A program made the translations under genes and the position numbers. A stretch of 24,000 bases of DNA from a candidate division WWE3 bacterium CG_4_9_14_0_2_um_filter_35_11 (GTDB lineage: Bacteria; Patescibacteriota; WWE3; 2-01-FULL-39-13): the NCBI GenBank assembly GCA_002789015.1, contig PFSJ01000019.1:26012-50011 (forward strand), in the 5' to 3' direction. Shown here one piece after another: positions 7,034 to 15,205 of the stretch. The notes beneath the pieces were generated by a model that was given only the letters and a program-made list of their open reading frames with translations, had not been told where the DNA came from and did no database searches. Position 1 is the first letter of the stretch. Every line of letters begins with the position of its first letter.

Positions 7034-8143
7034 CTAAAGCCTTCGATCAATCATATAGTCCGCAATGCCAATAAGATAGTTAAACCCTTCGTCTTTCCAA
7101 TTAGAGGATCTGTTTTTAATTAATGATTTTTTTGCCTTTAAGACTAAGTCATTTGCAACTTTCTTTGAATAATCAAGAGAGCCAGAGTCGATAAGTATGG
7201 ACTTAACATCAGCTAATTCCTTGGCTTTAACATTCGGATTTCCAAGGTTTTGGGTAAGAATCTCCTTTTGAGCTTTTGATCCTACTTCAAATGCATGATG
7301 CATCAAAAGTGTATATTTCCCTTCCCTTAAATCATCATAAACGGATTTTCCTGTATCACCTGAATTTCCAAAAATACCCAAAATATCATCTTGAATTTGG
7401 AAAGCTATTCCTGCAGGAATCGCATATTCGGATAACTTTCGGAGCTCCTCGGAGTCTTTTTGTCCTGCCATAATTGCCCCTGTATGAATTGGGTTTTCAT
7501 ATGTATAAACGCCTGTTTTCCATTCAAGCATTTTTAAAACATCTTCTTCAGTTACATTTGGATTGCTTGCGTTAACGACGTCTGTAATTTGCCCATGAGC
7601 TGTAATTTCAATCTTTTCATTTAAATTATTTGAAAGTGCAATCAAAATCTCCTTACTGAAATCCAAAGACATCAAAATCTGCATCGCCATATGAAATCCA
7701 GCGGCGCCAATCGAGACTGCAATTGAATCTCCAAAATGTGCTGAATCTCCGCTTCTAAAATTCTGTTTTGAGTAATAATCTTTCATTAGAACATGAGCTG
7801 TTGGGCCACCTCTTCTTAAATCAGATTTGTCCATAAAATCATCAAGTAATAAAAGATATGCATGAGTAAGTTCCAAAACAATGCCCATTTTTAAAGCTTC
7901 AACATCATTTTGGCCACCATACATCTTATAAACATAATATGAAAACGCCCCTCTAGCCCTTTTTGCACCACGAGTGCAAATATCCTCGAATACCTCAATA
8001 GCTTTACACGATGCATCTGGGAAATTATTTCTTATTTTGATCTTCTCTTTTAAGAAAAAATCCTTAATTAATGGATTAACCAAATCCTGGTATGCCAAAA
8101 GCCTACCTTTTGCGTTTTGTGCCGACTTTTTAGTATCTAACAT
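7034..8143 (-). CDS. Short-chain trans-prenyl diphosphate synthase (FPP/GGPP synthase type)
   Basis: 369 aa. First Asp-rich motif LLLLDDFMDKSDLRRG and second FQIQDDILG. Tyr lies five residues before the first motif. Confidence 0.85.
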   Translation of the reverse strand: MLDTKKSAQNAKGRLLAYQDLVNPLIKDFFLKEKIKIRNNFPDASCKAIEVFEDICTRGAKRARGAFSYYVYKMYGGQNDVEALKMGIVLELTHAYLLLLDDFMDKSDLRRGGPTAHVLMKDYYSKQNFRSGDSAHFGDSIAVSIGAAGFHMAMQILMSLDFSKEILIALSNNLNEKIEITAHGQITDVVNASNPNVTEEDVLKMLEWKTGVYTYENPIHTGAIMAGQKDSEELRKLSEYAIPAGIAFQIQDDILGIFGNSGDTGKSVYDDLREGKYTLLMHHAFEVGSKAQKEILTQNLGNPNVKAKELADVKSILIDSGSLDYSKKVANDLVLKAKKSLIKNRSSNWKDEGFNYLIGIADYMIDRRL

Positions 8144-8153
8144 TAAATATGGG

Positions 8154-8882
8154 TTAATACTTTTTGCTGTCTCCGCCCATTCTGCGTTCTCTTCCTGAAT
8201 AGTCTAAAAGGGCTTTTTCAAGTTGAGCTGGGCCAAAGTCTGGCATATAAGTATCAGTAAAATAAAACTCAGCATCCGCGATCTGCCAAATCAAATAACC
8301 AGAAGTTCTCATATCTCCGCCAGTTCGAATCATAAGATCAACGCTAGGTTGCCCTTTTGTATATAAATGAGAAGAGATCGTCTCTGTAGTTATTTCAGAA
8401 GCGGGAATCCCTTCCTTAATAATATCTTTAACAGCATCGACTATTTCACCACGACCTTCGTATCCAACGGCTATATTTACATCAATTAATTTTTTACCTG
8501 GCTCGCCAGAAATTCTAGCTATGGCTTTTTGCCTTATGTCATCTGGAAAACCTGCCCAGCTACCGATATGGTGTAACTTGGCACCTTTTTTGGTGGCTCT
8601 GGCAAAAAGCCCGTCATCAGAAAGTTGCAATCTAAAAAGTGCGATAATATCGTCAATAAAGTCTTTACTTCTTTTCCAGTTTTTCGGAGACCATGCCCAC
8701 AAAGTCATGTACTTAATTCCCATCTTGGCGCTATATTCAATCAATTCCTCAATTCGCTTTAAAGCTTCTTTATGTCCATCTGTATATGAAAGTCCCTTGT
8801 CAACTGCCCACCTTCTGTTTCCATCCATGATTATGGCAACGTGTTGAGGAACGTTTGTGGTGTTATTTTGAGCTTCTTGCAT
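8154..8882 (-). CDS. uppS: Undecaprenyl diphosphate synthase (cis-prenyltransferase)
   Basis: 242 aa with HVAIIMDGNRRWA, TLWAWS, RTGG..R.SGYLIWQ and EFYF. Confidence 0.92.
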   Translation of the reverse strand: MQEAQNNTTNVPQHVAIIMDGNRRWAVDKGLSYTDGHKEALKRIEELIEYSAKMGIKYMTLWAWSPKNWKRSKDFIDDIIALFRLQLSDDGLFARATKKGAKLHHIGSWAGFPDDIRQKAIARISGEPGKKLIDVNIAVGYEGRGEIVDAVKDIIKEGIPASEITTETISSHLYTKGQPSVDLMIRTGGDMRTSGYLIWQIADAEFYFTDTYMPDFGPAQLEKALLDYSGRERRMGGDSKKY

Positions 8883-9210
8883 TTGAAATAATATTTGCTA
8901 AAAACCTATAATACGCTTTAATCTGATCTACTAAATAATTGCTGTCACGAACGATTTCGAATGACATAAAGTTACCATCTTTAGATGAAAAAGAATAGTC
9001 TACACGAGACACTTTTGCAAACATTGGGCCCTTTTTTAAGTCTTCAACAAAACTATCCAAAGCTTCCTTCGTTCCATCAGCCACTACCTCGACATTTCCA
9101 TCAGAAAGATTTTTAACGTAACCTTTTATTCCTTTTAAATCCGCGGACTTTTTGGCATATACTCGATAATTTACACCTTGAACAAATCCAAAAACCTTAG
9201 CTTTTAGCAT
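8863..9210 (-). CDS. acyP: Acylphosphatase with a short C-terminal extension
   Basis: VFGFVQGVNYRVYAKK..GYVKNLSDGNVEVV is the acylphosphatase signature. I start it at Met15 of the track ORF (ATG 9210), because a TATAAT box sits 6 nt upstream of that ATG. Confidence 0.75.
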   Translation of the reverse strand: MLKAKVFGFVQGVNYRVYAKKSADLKGIKGYVKNLSDGNVEVVADGTKEALDSFVEDLKKGPMFAKVSRVDYSFSSKDGNFMSFEIVRDSNYLVDQIKAYYRFLANIISNARSSK

Positions 9211-9216
9211 GTAATT

Positions 9217-9222
9217 ATTATA
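9217..9222 (-). promoter_or_regulatory. -10 box TATAAT, 6 nt upstream of the acyP ATG (9210)
   Basis: The minus strand reads TTATAATaattacATG. It lies back to back with the aldolase promoter. Confidence 0.5.
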
Positions 9223-9223
9223 A

Positions 9224-9232
9224 TGATATACT
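9224..9232 (+). promoter_or_regulatory. Extended -10 box TGATATACT, 7 nt upstream of the aldolase ATG (9240)
   Basis: The plus strand reads TGATATACTccacttaATG. Confidence 0.55.
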
Positions 9233-9239
9233 CCACTTA

Positions 9240-10064
9240 ATGGAACTATCATCTATAGCAAATACAAACGGATACATAAAAATCGCAGCCTTTGACCACC
9301 GTAGCTCACTTGTAAAATTGATCACTGAAGAAAAGATGTCTGAATTTAAAGTATTGTGTGCACAGTTGTTTTCGCCATATTCAACAGCAATATTGGTAGA
9401 TCCCGAATATGGGAAAGAAGCAATCACCATAGCTAAAAATAACAACATTGGAGTTTTACTTAGTCGAGAACAAAGTGTATCCGGAGACGATACTGAAGAA
9501 CGAAGAATATTTTTATCAGAAAAATACACAGCTAGCCGACTAAAATCCCTTGGCGCAACGGCTATCAAATTATTTTTTTATTACAATCGCGATGCATCGA
9601 ACTCTCTAGAAAAAATAAACATAATAAAAGCTCTACATGAAGAAACAAAAAACGCCGATCTTCCATTATTAATCGAACCAGTCACCTATGCAGTTGATGG
9701 ATATGCATACCATCGAGGTGATGCAACACTTAGAGCCGTTAAAGATTTCTGTGGTCACTGCGATATCTTAAAGCTAGAATACCCCATCGACCCAGAAATC
9801 GAAGGCGTAAGAAGTGCAATTCCATATTTGAATCAAATTTCAGAAGAGATAGATATCCCCTGGGTTTTATTAAGCCGTGGAATGAAATTTGAGAATTATA
9901 AAAAAGCTCTGATACTTGCAAAAGAAGCTGGTTGCAGTGGCTTTGCAGTAGGAAGAGCCGTTTGGCAAGAATTTGCTAACTTTGATTCATGGGAAGACAA
10001 AGTGAAATTCATGGAGACTATTGCGGTAAATAGAATGAAAGAAATCTCCGAAATATGGAACTAA
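9240..10064 (+). CDS. Class I aldolase of the LacD/DeoC-like family (tagatose/fructose-1,6-bisphosphate aldolase)
   Basis: 274 aa. IAAFDHRSSL resembles the LacD ALDQR block. ILKLEYP resembles the Schiff-base Lys strand (VLKVE.P). It is the first gene of an operon with pgk. Confidence 0.7.
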   Translation: MELSSIANTNGYIKIAAFDHRSSLVKLITEEKMSEFKVLCAQLFSPYSTAILVDPEYGKEAITIAKNNNIGVLLSREQSVSGDDTEERRIFLSEKYTASRLKSLGATAIKLFFYYNRDASNSLEKINIIKALHEETKNADLPLLIEPVTYAVDGYAYHRGDATLRAVKDFCGHCDILKLEYPIDPEIEGVRSAIPYLNQISEEIDIPWVLLSRGMKFENYKKALILAKEAGCSGFAVGRAVWQEFANFDSWEDKVKFMETIAVNRMKEISEIWN

Positions 10065-11134
10065 AAGCTATAAACTCAGCCGATCTACAAAATAAAACGA
10101 TTTTATATCGTTCGCCCTATGATATAGATATTGAATTCATAAACGGGAGTTATGTTGTAAAAGACACTTCAAGAATAGAAGCTACGATTCCAACTTTAAA
10201 ATATTTATTAGAGAAAAATTGCAAAATCGTTATATTAACGTGGGTTGGAAGACCAAACGGCATTGATAAAAGTTTGAGTACAAAACCACATGCCAAAGCA
10301 CTTTCTGATCTTCTTGGAGTTGCTATCGAACACGTCTCCGACTGCATTGGCGAAAAAGTTGAGTCGAAAATTAGCCAAATGAATCCAAAAGATATCCTGA
10401 TGCTTGAAAACACTAGGTTTTACAAAGAAGATTCAGAAAACTCAAAAGAATTTGCAAAACAATTAACAAAAGGATCTGACCTAATTGTTTTTGATGCATT
10501 TCCCCAATCACACAGAGAAAGTGCTTCTGTAACAGGAATTATGGATTTTTTACCAACATACGCAGGATTCTATCTTGAAAGTGAAGTAAACGGCCTTGAA
10601 AAGCTTTTGGATAACGTACAACGTCCTTATACAATAGTCTTTGGTGGGGCAAAAATTTCAGAGAAAGTTGATGAGATCGAAAGCTTGGCAAAAATTTCTG
10701 ACATGATATTAATAGGAGGAAACGTGAATTCAGCAAGGCAAGAACTCGAAGGTTTAAAACACTTGATAGATTCAACCAAGATAATAATCCCAAGCAAAAG
10801 CGAAATGATAGATGGATTGGATATAAACAAGGAAATAGCTCAAAGATACGTTGATATCATTGAAAGATCAAAAACTGTCTTTTGGGCAGGACCTCTTGGA
10901 AAATATGAAGAAGAAAAATACTCAAACGGAACAAAAATGATTGTACAAGAAATCTGTAAGATAAAAGCAAATGGAGGATTTTCTGTAGTAGCGGGCGGCG
11001 ACACAGTCGCCGCCCTAGATAAATTTGGCAGTAAATCCTCCGTTTCATACATCAGCCTTGCTGGCGGAGCAACTTTAGAATTTTTAGCCGGTAAAAAACT
11101 TCCGGCAATTGAAAAACTATGTATGCATCAATAG
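10055..11134 (+). CDS. pgk: Phosphoglycerate kinase (short, divergent)
   Basis: 359 aa with VGRP, LENTRFY, FDAFPQSHRESAS, GGAKISEKV, WAGPLGKYE, AGGDT and SLAGGATLEFL. Confidence 0.85.
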   Translation: MELKAINSADLQNKTILYRSPYDIDIEFINGSYVVKDTSRIEATIPTLKYLLEKNCKIVILTWVGRPNGIDKSLSTKPHAKALSDLLGVAIEHVSDCIGEKVESKISQMNPKDILMLENTRFYKEDSENSKEFAKQLTKGSDLIVFDAFPQSHRESASVTGIMDFLPTYAGFYLESEVNGLEKLLDNVQRPYTIVFGGAKISEKVDEIESLAKISDMILIGGNVNSARQELEGLKHLIDSTKIIIPSKSEMIDGLDINKEIAQRYVDIIERSKTVFWAGPLGKYEEEKYSNGTKMIVQEICKIKANGGFSVVAGGDTVAALDKFGSKSSVSYISLAGGATLEFLAGKKLPAIEKLCMHQ

Positions 11135-11928
11135 ACATCGGTGGAACAAAAACAAAAATAGGACTTTCAAAAGACTTGAATCAATTTTTTGATATACAAA
11201 AGTTCCCTACACCAAAAACTTTCAATGAACTTCATTCAAAAATCAAAAGTGTCCTTGAATCAAATAGTTCCTATGAAGGGATATCAATTGGAGCTGCTGG
11301 TTTTGTAAATCGAGCTGAAAAACGAATCCACTATGCACCTCACGCAGGATTTCTTAATAACCGACTCGCCGAAGAAATTGTTTCGGACTCAAGATACAAA
11401 TCTATATATCTTGAAAACGATGCGACTTTAGCAGCCCTTGCAGAAGCAACCCACGGAGCCGGCAAAAACTTCACAAGAGTTGCATATATAACAATCAGTA
11501 CTGGTGTTGGCGGATCAATTATAGTAAACAAAAAAATCTCCGATACTATATTTAATTTTGAGCCAGGTCATCATATTTTGAATTACACAACGAAGGAAAC
11601 ATTTGAAAGCCTATGTTCTGGAACTGCTTTCAGGAAAAAATATGGCGTCTCGCCTGAAGAACATAATGATGAAGGAATCTGGTCAGAATTCGGTAAAAAT
11701 CTTGGATTCGGACTTCACAATATTATACTTCTTTGGCGACCCGATATAATAGTTATAGGCGGAAGTTTATCAAAAAAATCTCAACTTTTTCTGCAAAAAA
11801 CAAAAGACACATTAACTTCACTCGAACCTTTTAAAAGCTACCCAAGTATAGAAATCTCACAACTTGGCGAAGAAAATGGAATCATCGGCGGACTTGAATT
11901 AATATCCGATATTAAAGGAGATTTTTGA
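11119..11928 (+). CDS. ROK-family sugar kinase (probable glucokinase)
   Basis: 269 aa. SIDIGGTKTKIG (phosphate-1), ENDATLAALAE and ITISTGVGGSII. EPGH is present, but the CxCGxxGC zinc motif is absent. Confidence 0.8.
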   Translation: MYASIDIGGTKTKIGLSKDLNQFFDIQKFPTPKTFNELHSKIKSVLESNSSYEGISIGAAGFVNRAEKRIHYAPHAGFLNNRLAEEIVSDSRYKSIYLENDATLAALAEATHGAGKNFTRVAYITISTGVGGSIIVNKKISDTIFNFEPGHHILNYTTKETFESLCSGTAFRKKYGVSPEEHNDEGIWSEFGKNLGFGLHNIILLWRPDIIVIGGSLSKKSQLFLQKTKDTLTSLEPFKSYPSIEISQLGEENGIIGGLELISDIKGDF

Positions 11929-12179
11929 TCACTCACTACACGAACAAATCAGTAATTTTTGCTGACAGTTTTGGACCAGAAGGCTACTTCGTTGAAGATG
12001 AGTATAGGATCTTTGTTTCCCTATCTTCCTCACCTTTCCCAAAGTTTAACCAAGCTGGCTCGGAAAAGATTTCTACTTGGCTATATCGGGCTCCCTTATT
12101 CATCAAGCCGATAGATCCTGAAAGAGCCTTTGTAGAGATAAAGTCAACGTACAAGATAATAATCGAAGGCAAATCTTAG
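11925..12179 (+). CDS. Hypothetical 84-aa ORF (TTG start overlapping the kinase stop)
   Basis: It occupies otherwise empty space at the end of the plus-strand operon. It has no recognisable motif and a non-ATG start. Confidence 0.3.
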   Translation: MITHYTNKSVIFADSFGPEGYFVEDEYRIFVSLSSSPFPKFNQAGSEKISTWLYRAPLFIKPIDPERAFVEIKSTYKIIIEGKS

Positions 12180-13246
12180 TTAAATAAGGCTTTTCCTGTT
12201 TCCCAAAAATAAGAGTTATTATTAACATTCTTTTCCCAAAGCCACCATTCAACTCCCCAAAAGTATAAATCACTAAAGCCTGCCTTTTGTGCATAATTTA
12301 TCGTCTCTAGAAAATCTGTCCGAGACATTGTTTTATCTTTTTCGGTTTGCGAAAGTTTTGAGTTTATTGCCGGACCCCACGGCTCTGACTGAAGCTCTGT
12401 AACAATAATATTTTGATATGGGACGTTAACTAGATCTGCTTTAATCTTATATGTCCAATGCGCAAGTGGATATTGGAAATATATAAATCGACCAAAAAAT
12501 ATTTTCCAAAAATCGTACCAAATTTTTCTATACATCGAAATTCCTAAGTAGTCGGCTATTTTATAACTTGGATACCAGAATCCGCCTTCTCCGCTGTCCT
12601 GAATTAATATCGGCCTTGAATCCAAGCTTTTTACAATCTCAACTTCGTTTTTGACAATTTCAGGCGAAGATTTTTGACATTCACCAAACGGGAAAAATGG
12701 TTCATTTTCAACTTGCCATACTTTGATCACATCATATGATTTAAGCTCCTGGACTGATTTTTTCACAAATTCGTAAAGCTCCGTTTCTTTTAATTTTTCA
12801 TCATCAGAGTTTCTCCACCAATCTGGCTCATGGCATTCAGGATATCTTGGCTCTTTTCGCCCAATTGCTAAAATTACGTTTATATTTCTTTTTTCAGCTT
12901 CGTCAAGTTGCCATTTAATGTTACTGAAATCAAAAGTGTCATTTGTTTTTTCAATGTCATTCCAATATGCAACAAGTCTAATATTTTTAACGTTTAATCC
13001 GTCTAATATTTCGATATATGAAGTTTTCCAATCCAAACCAAGATCTGTCGCGTATTTGTCACTGAAATTAACTCCATAGTTTATGTTCGATTGAACTTTC
13101 GGTTTTAGTATAAAAAATAAAACTAAAGGGAGTGCAACTAAAATAAAAATGAACAAAAACAGAAGTCTCGCAATTCGATTAAAAAACAACCTTCTAAATA
13201 AAAAGGTAGTTACTGATATATCTTTTTTGAAGTCTTTTCTGGGCAT
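12176..13246 (-). CDS. Membrane-anchored clan GH-A (TIM-barrel) glycoside hydrolase, family uncertain
   Basis: 356 aa with an N-terminal TM anchor. WQVENEPF is the acid/base NEP motif and VTELQSEPW is a likely nucleophile strand. AYWNDIEKTNDTFDFS..INVILAIG is typical of GH5/GH42-like folds. Confidence 0.65.
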   Translation of the reverse strand: MPRKDFKKDISVTTFLFRRLFFNRIARLLFLFIFILVALPLVLFFILKPKVQSNINYGVNFSDKYATDLGLDWKTSYIEILDGLNVKNIRLVAYWNDIEKTNDTFDFSNIKWQLDEAEKRNINVILAIGRKEPRYPECHEPDWWRNSDDEKLKETELYEFVKKSVQELKSYDVIKVWQVENEPFFPFGECQKSSPEIVKNEVEIVKSLDSRPILIQDSGEGGFWYPSYKIADYLGISMYRKIWYDFWKIFFGRFIYFQYPLAHWTYKIKADLVNVPYQNIIVTELQSEPWGPAINSKLSQTEKDKTMSRTDFLETINYAQKAGFSDLYFWGVEWWLWEKNVNNNSYFWETGKALFN

Positions 13247-13253
13247 TAAACTT

Positions 13254-13259
13254 ATTCTA
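13254..13259 (-). promoter_or_regulatory. -10-like box TAGAAT, 7 nt upstream of the ATG at 13246, abutting the GH1 stop codon
   Basis: The minus strand reads TAG-TAGAATaagtttaATG. Confidence 0.35.
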
Positions 13260-14489
13260 CTACAGTTTTAATTCGCCAGTTTTACATATTTCCGAATAAT
13301 ATTTGAATGATGGCCGTTTACTTCTTTTTAAAGTTTTCCTATCAACTCTTACCAAACCAAAACACGGCCAAAAGCCATGATGCCATTCATAATTATCTAA
13401 AAGTGACCAATGAAAATATCCTTTCAAATTGACACCTTTGTCTATCGCTTTTACACAAGATTCCAACATATCTCGAATAAAAGACTCTCTTTTTTCATCC
13501 TTATCGTCGGCAAGACCATTTTCGGTCACGAAAATATCAACACCATATTTTTTGAGTGATAAAAGCACATTCTCAAGCCCTTTTGGATATATCCACCAAC
13601 CCAAATCATTTGTAACATCATCTGGATTTTTTGTTTTTAGATTCTTGATTCTATTAGTAAAGTAATAATTTAAGCCAATTACGTCGAATTTATTTTTTAC
13701 GAGGAGGAAGAAAAATCCACTGCCGATGAAATTTAAAAATTTTGCCACTACATGATCTAATGGATTTTTTGATGATTTTGAAACCTCATGCCAGACAATG
13801 TTTTTGACAATTCCTATTATAGGGGCTACCCTTTTTTTAGAAGGGCTACCCTTTATGTCATCATATGCCCTATTATTTGCTCTAGCTAAATTGATTTGCA
13901 CCCACAATGATAAAACAGCACTTACTTTATTTGGCGGCCAAATTCCGTGGAAATATGACATATACACATAAACTTGAGGCTCATTTATTGTCAAAAAGAC
14001 ATCGATTAGATCATAAAATTCTTCTGCGCATTTTTTTGCATATTTCGCAAAATAACTTGGTGCATTAACATTCGTCCACCCACCGATTTTCGAAAACCAA
14101 ATTGGATTTGTGAAATGATGTAGAGTAACAAAAGTTTTCAAACCTCGAACTTTTGCAGCTTTTAGAACCTTTTTGTAGTGCAATATTTCTTTCTCATCAA
14201 AATTGCCTTGAGTTGGCTCTATTCTTGCCCATTCAATAGAAATTCGAACTGCATTGTTATTTAAATCAACACATAAATCAAAATCTTCCTCATATCGATT
14301 ATAGGAATCACATGCAATGCCAGATGCTTCCAATGGGAATTCTCTTTCAGAAACTACACCCGAACTTTGCGAAAAATATTTTTTAGATTGCTCCCATTCC
14401 CACCAATCAGAATTTGTATTATTACCTTCTATTTGATGTGCTGAAGTTGCTGTTCCCCAAATAAAATCTTTTGGAAAAGTATAATTCAC
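13260..14489 (-). CDS. GH1 family beta-glucosidase
   Basis: 409 aa. FPKDFIWGTATSAHQIEG, TINEPQV (acid/base) and FVTENGLAD (nucleophile). GTG start. Confidence 0.92.
   Translation of the reverse strand: MNYTFPKDFIWGTATSAHQIEGNNTNSDWWEWEQSKKYFSQSSGVVSEREFPLEASGIACDSYNRYEEDFDLCVDLNNNAVRISIEWARIEPTQGNFDEKEILHYKKVLKAAKVRGLKTFVTLHHFTNPIWFSKIGGWTNVNAPSYFAKYAKKCAEEFYDLIDVFLTINEPQVYVYMSYFHGIWPPNKVSAVLSLWVQINLARANNRAYDDIKGSPSKKRVAPIIGIVKNIVWHEVSKSSKNPLDHVVAKFLNFIGSGFFFLLVKNKFDVIGLNYYFTNRIKNLKTKNPDDVTNDLGWWIYPKGLENVLLSLKKYGVDIFVTENGLADDKDEKRESFIRDMLESCVKAIDKGVNLKGYFHWSLLDNYEWHHGFWPCFGLVRVDRKTLKRSKRPSFKYYSEICKTGELKL
13817..13856. repeat. Mini-element copy C: TTAT-AG-GGGCTACCCT-N10-GGGCTACCCT-TTAT, inside the GH1 gene
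   Basis: Exact 10-mers at 13823-13832 and 13843-13852. TTAT is present on both sides. The element adds 36 bp (12 codons), read as KGSPSKKRVAPI. Confidence 0.75.
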
Positions 14490-14495
14490 ATTCGC

Positions 14496-14504
14496 AGTAT
14501 ATCA
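14496..14504 (-). promoter_or_regulatory. Extended -10 box TGATATACT, 6 nt upstream of the GH1 GTG (14489)
   Basis: The minus strand reads TGATATACTgcgaatGTG. This is the third occurrence of this exact 9-mer at a gene start. Confidence 0.5.
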
Positions 14505-14521
14505 CGACAGATCGAGACACT

Positions 14522-14560
14522 TTATGAGGGCTACCCTTGTTTTTTAGGGGCTACCCTTAT
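14522..14560. repeat. Mini-element copy D: TTAT-GA-GGGCTACCCT-N10-GGGCTACCC-TTAT, at the 3' end of the kinase gene
   Basis: Exact 10-mers at 14528-14537 and 14548-14557, with TTAT at 14522-14525 and 14557-14560. The kinase stop codon (14531-14533) lies inside the element. Confidence 0.75.
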
Positions 14561-15205
14561 TGTAAAGATCGTCCCATGGTTTTCCCCGACATTACTTTTC
14601 ACGGTAATCTTTCCACCAAAATCTTTTTCAATAATTGATTTACAAATATAAAGGCCAAGGCCGCAATTATTATTTAATTCCCCTTTTGTCGAAAATCCAT
14701 TTTTAAAAACATCTTTCAAAATTCCTTGTGGAATACCTGGCCCATTATCCTTAATTTCAATTACAACCGACTCTTTAGACCTACCGGAATCAACCATTTT
14801 TACAGCTACAATTATCCAAACATCCTTTCCACCAGCCTCGATTGAGTTCTTGAAAAGATTGCAAATCACTCTTTTGAACTTTAACTTATTTCCATGCAAA
14901 AAATGCTCATTACCGAAGCGGTAGATAAAGTTGTTTTTCTTAAAGTTCCCACACACAGACGATATCGCATCATTAACACCAAACTCCTCATTCTTATTTT
15001 TACCAACGGGAGCGACACTAACTAATTCCTTTATATAACCCAACGATTCATGGATATCACTCAAATTTTCGAGTACATTCTGACTATCAAAATTTAAATT
15101 TCGATTTTTCAGATCTAGCAAACATTCGCACGAAATAATAGCTGAAGTTAACGGACTTTTAATGTCGTGAAGAATCTCGTCACTTTTGCTTGAGGACTTT
15201 CTCAT
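14531..15205 (-). CDS. Histidine kinase core (HisKA + HATPase_c) with no sensor or TM region
   Basis: 224 aa. H-box LHDIKSPL at residue 13, N-box NLFKNSIEA, G1 DNGPGI, F VFKNGFST and G2 GLGLYICK. A GAGGAG Shine-Dalgarno sequence lies 4 nt before the ATG. Confidence 0.85.
   Translation of the reverse strand: MRKSSSKSDEILHDIKSPLTSAIISCECLLDLKNRNLNFDSQNVLENLSDIHESLGYIKELVSVAPVGKNKNEEFGVNDAISSVCGNFKKNNFIYRFGNEHFLHGNKLKFKRVICNLFKNSIEAGGKDVWIIVAVKMVDSGRSKESVVIEIKDNGPGIPQGILKDVFKNGFSTKGELNNNCGLGLYICKSIIEKDFGGKITVKSNVGENHGTIFTIRVAPKKQG

Noticed and set aside
2393-14557. Could the GGGCTACCCT repeats be a CRISPR array or a remnant of one?
   Set aside because: Each locus has only two 10-bp units separated by a similar T-rich 10-bp spacer. 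The loci are kilobases apart, lie inside conserved coding regions, and no cas genes are visible. This is not CRISPR architecture.
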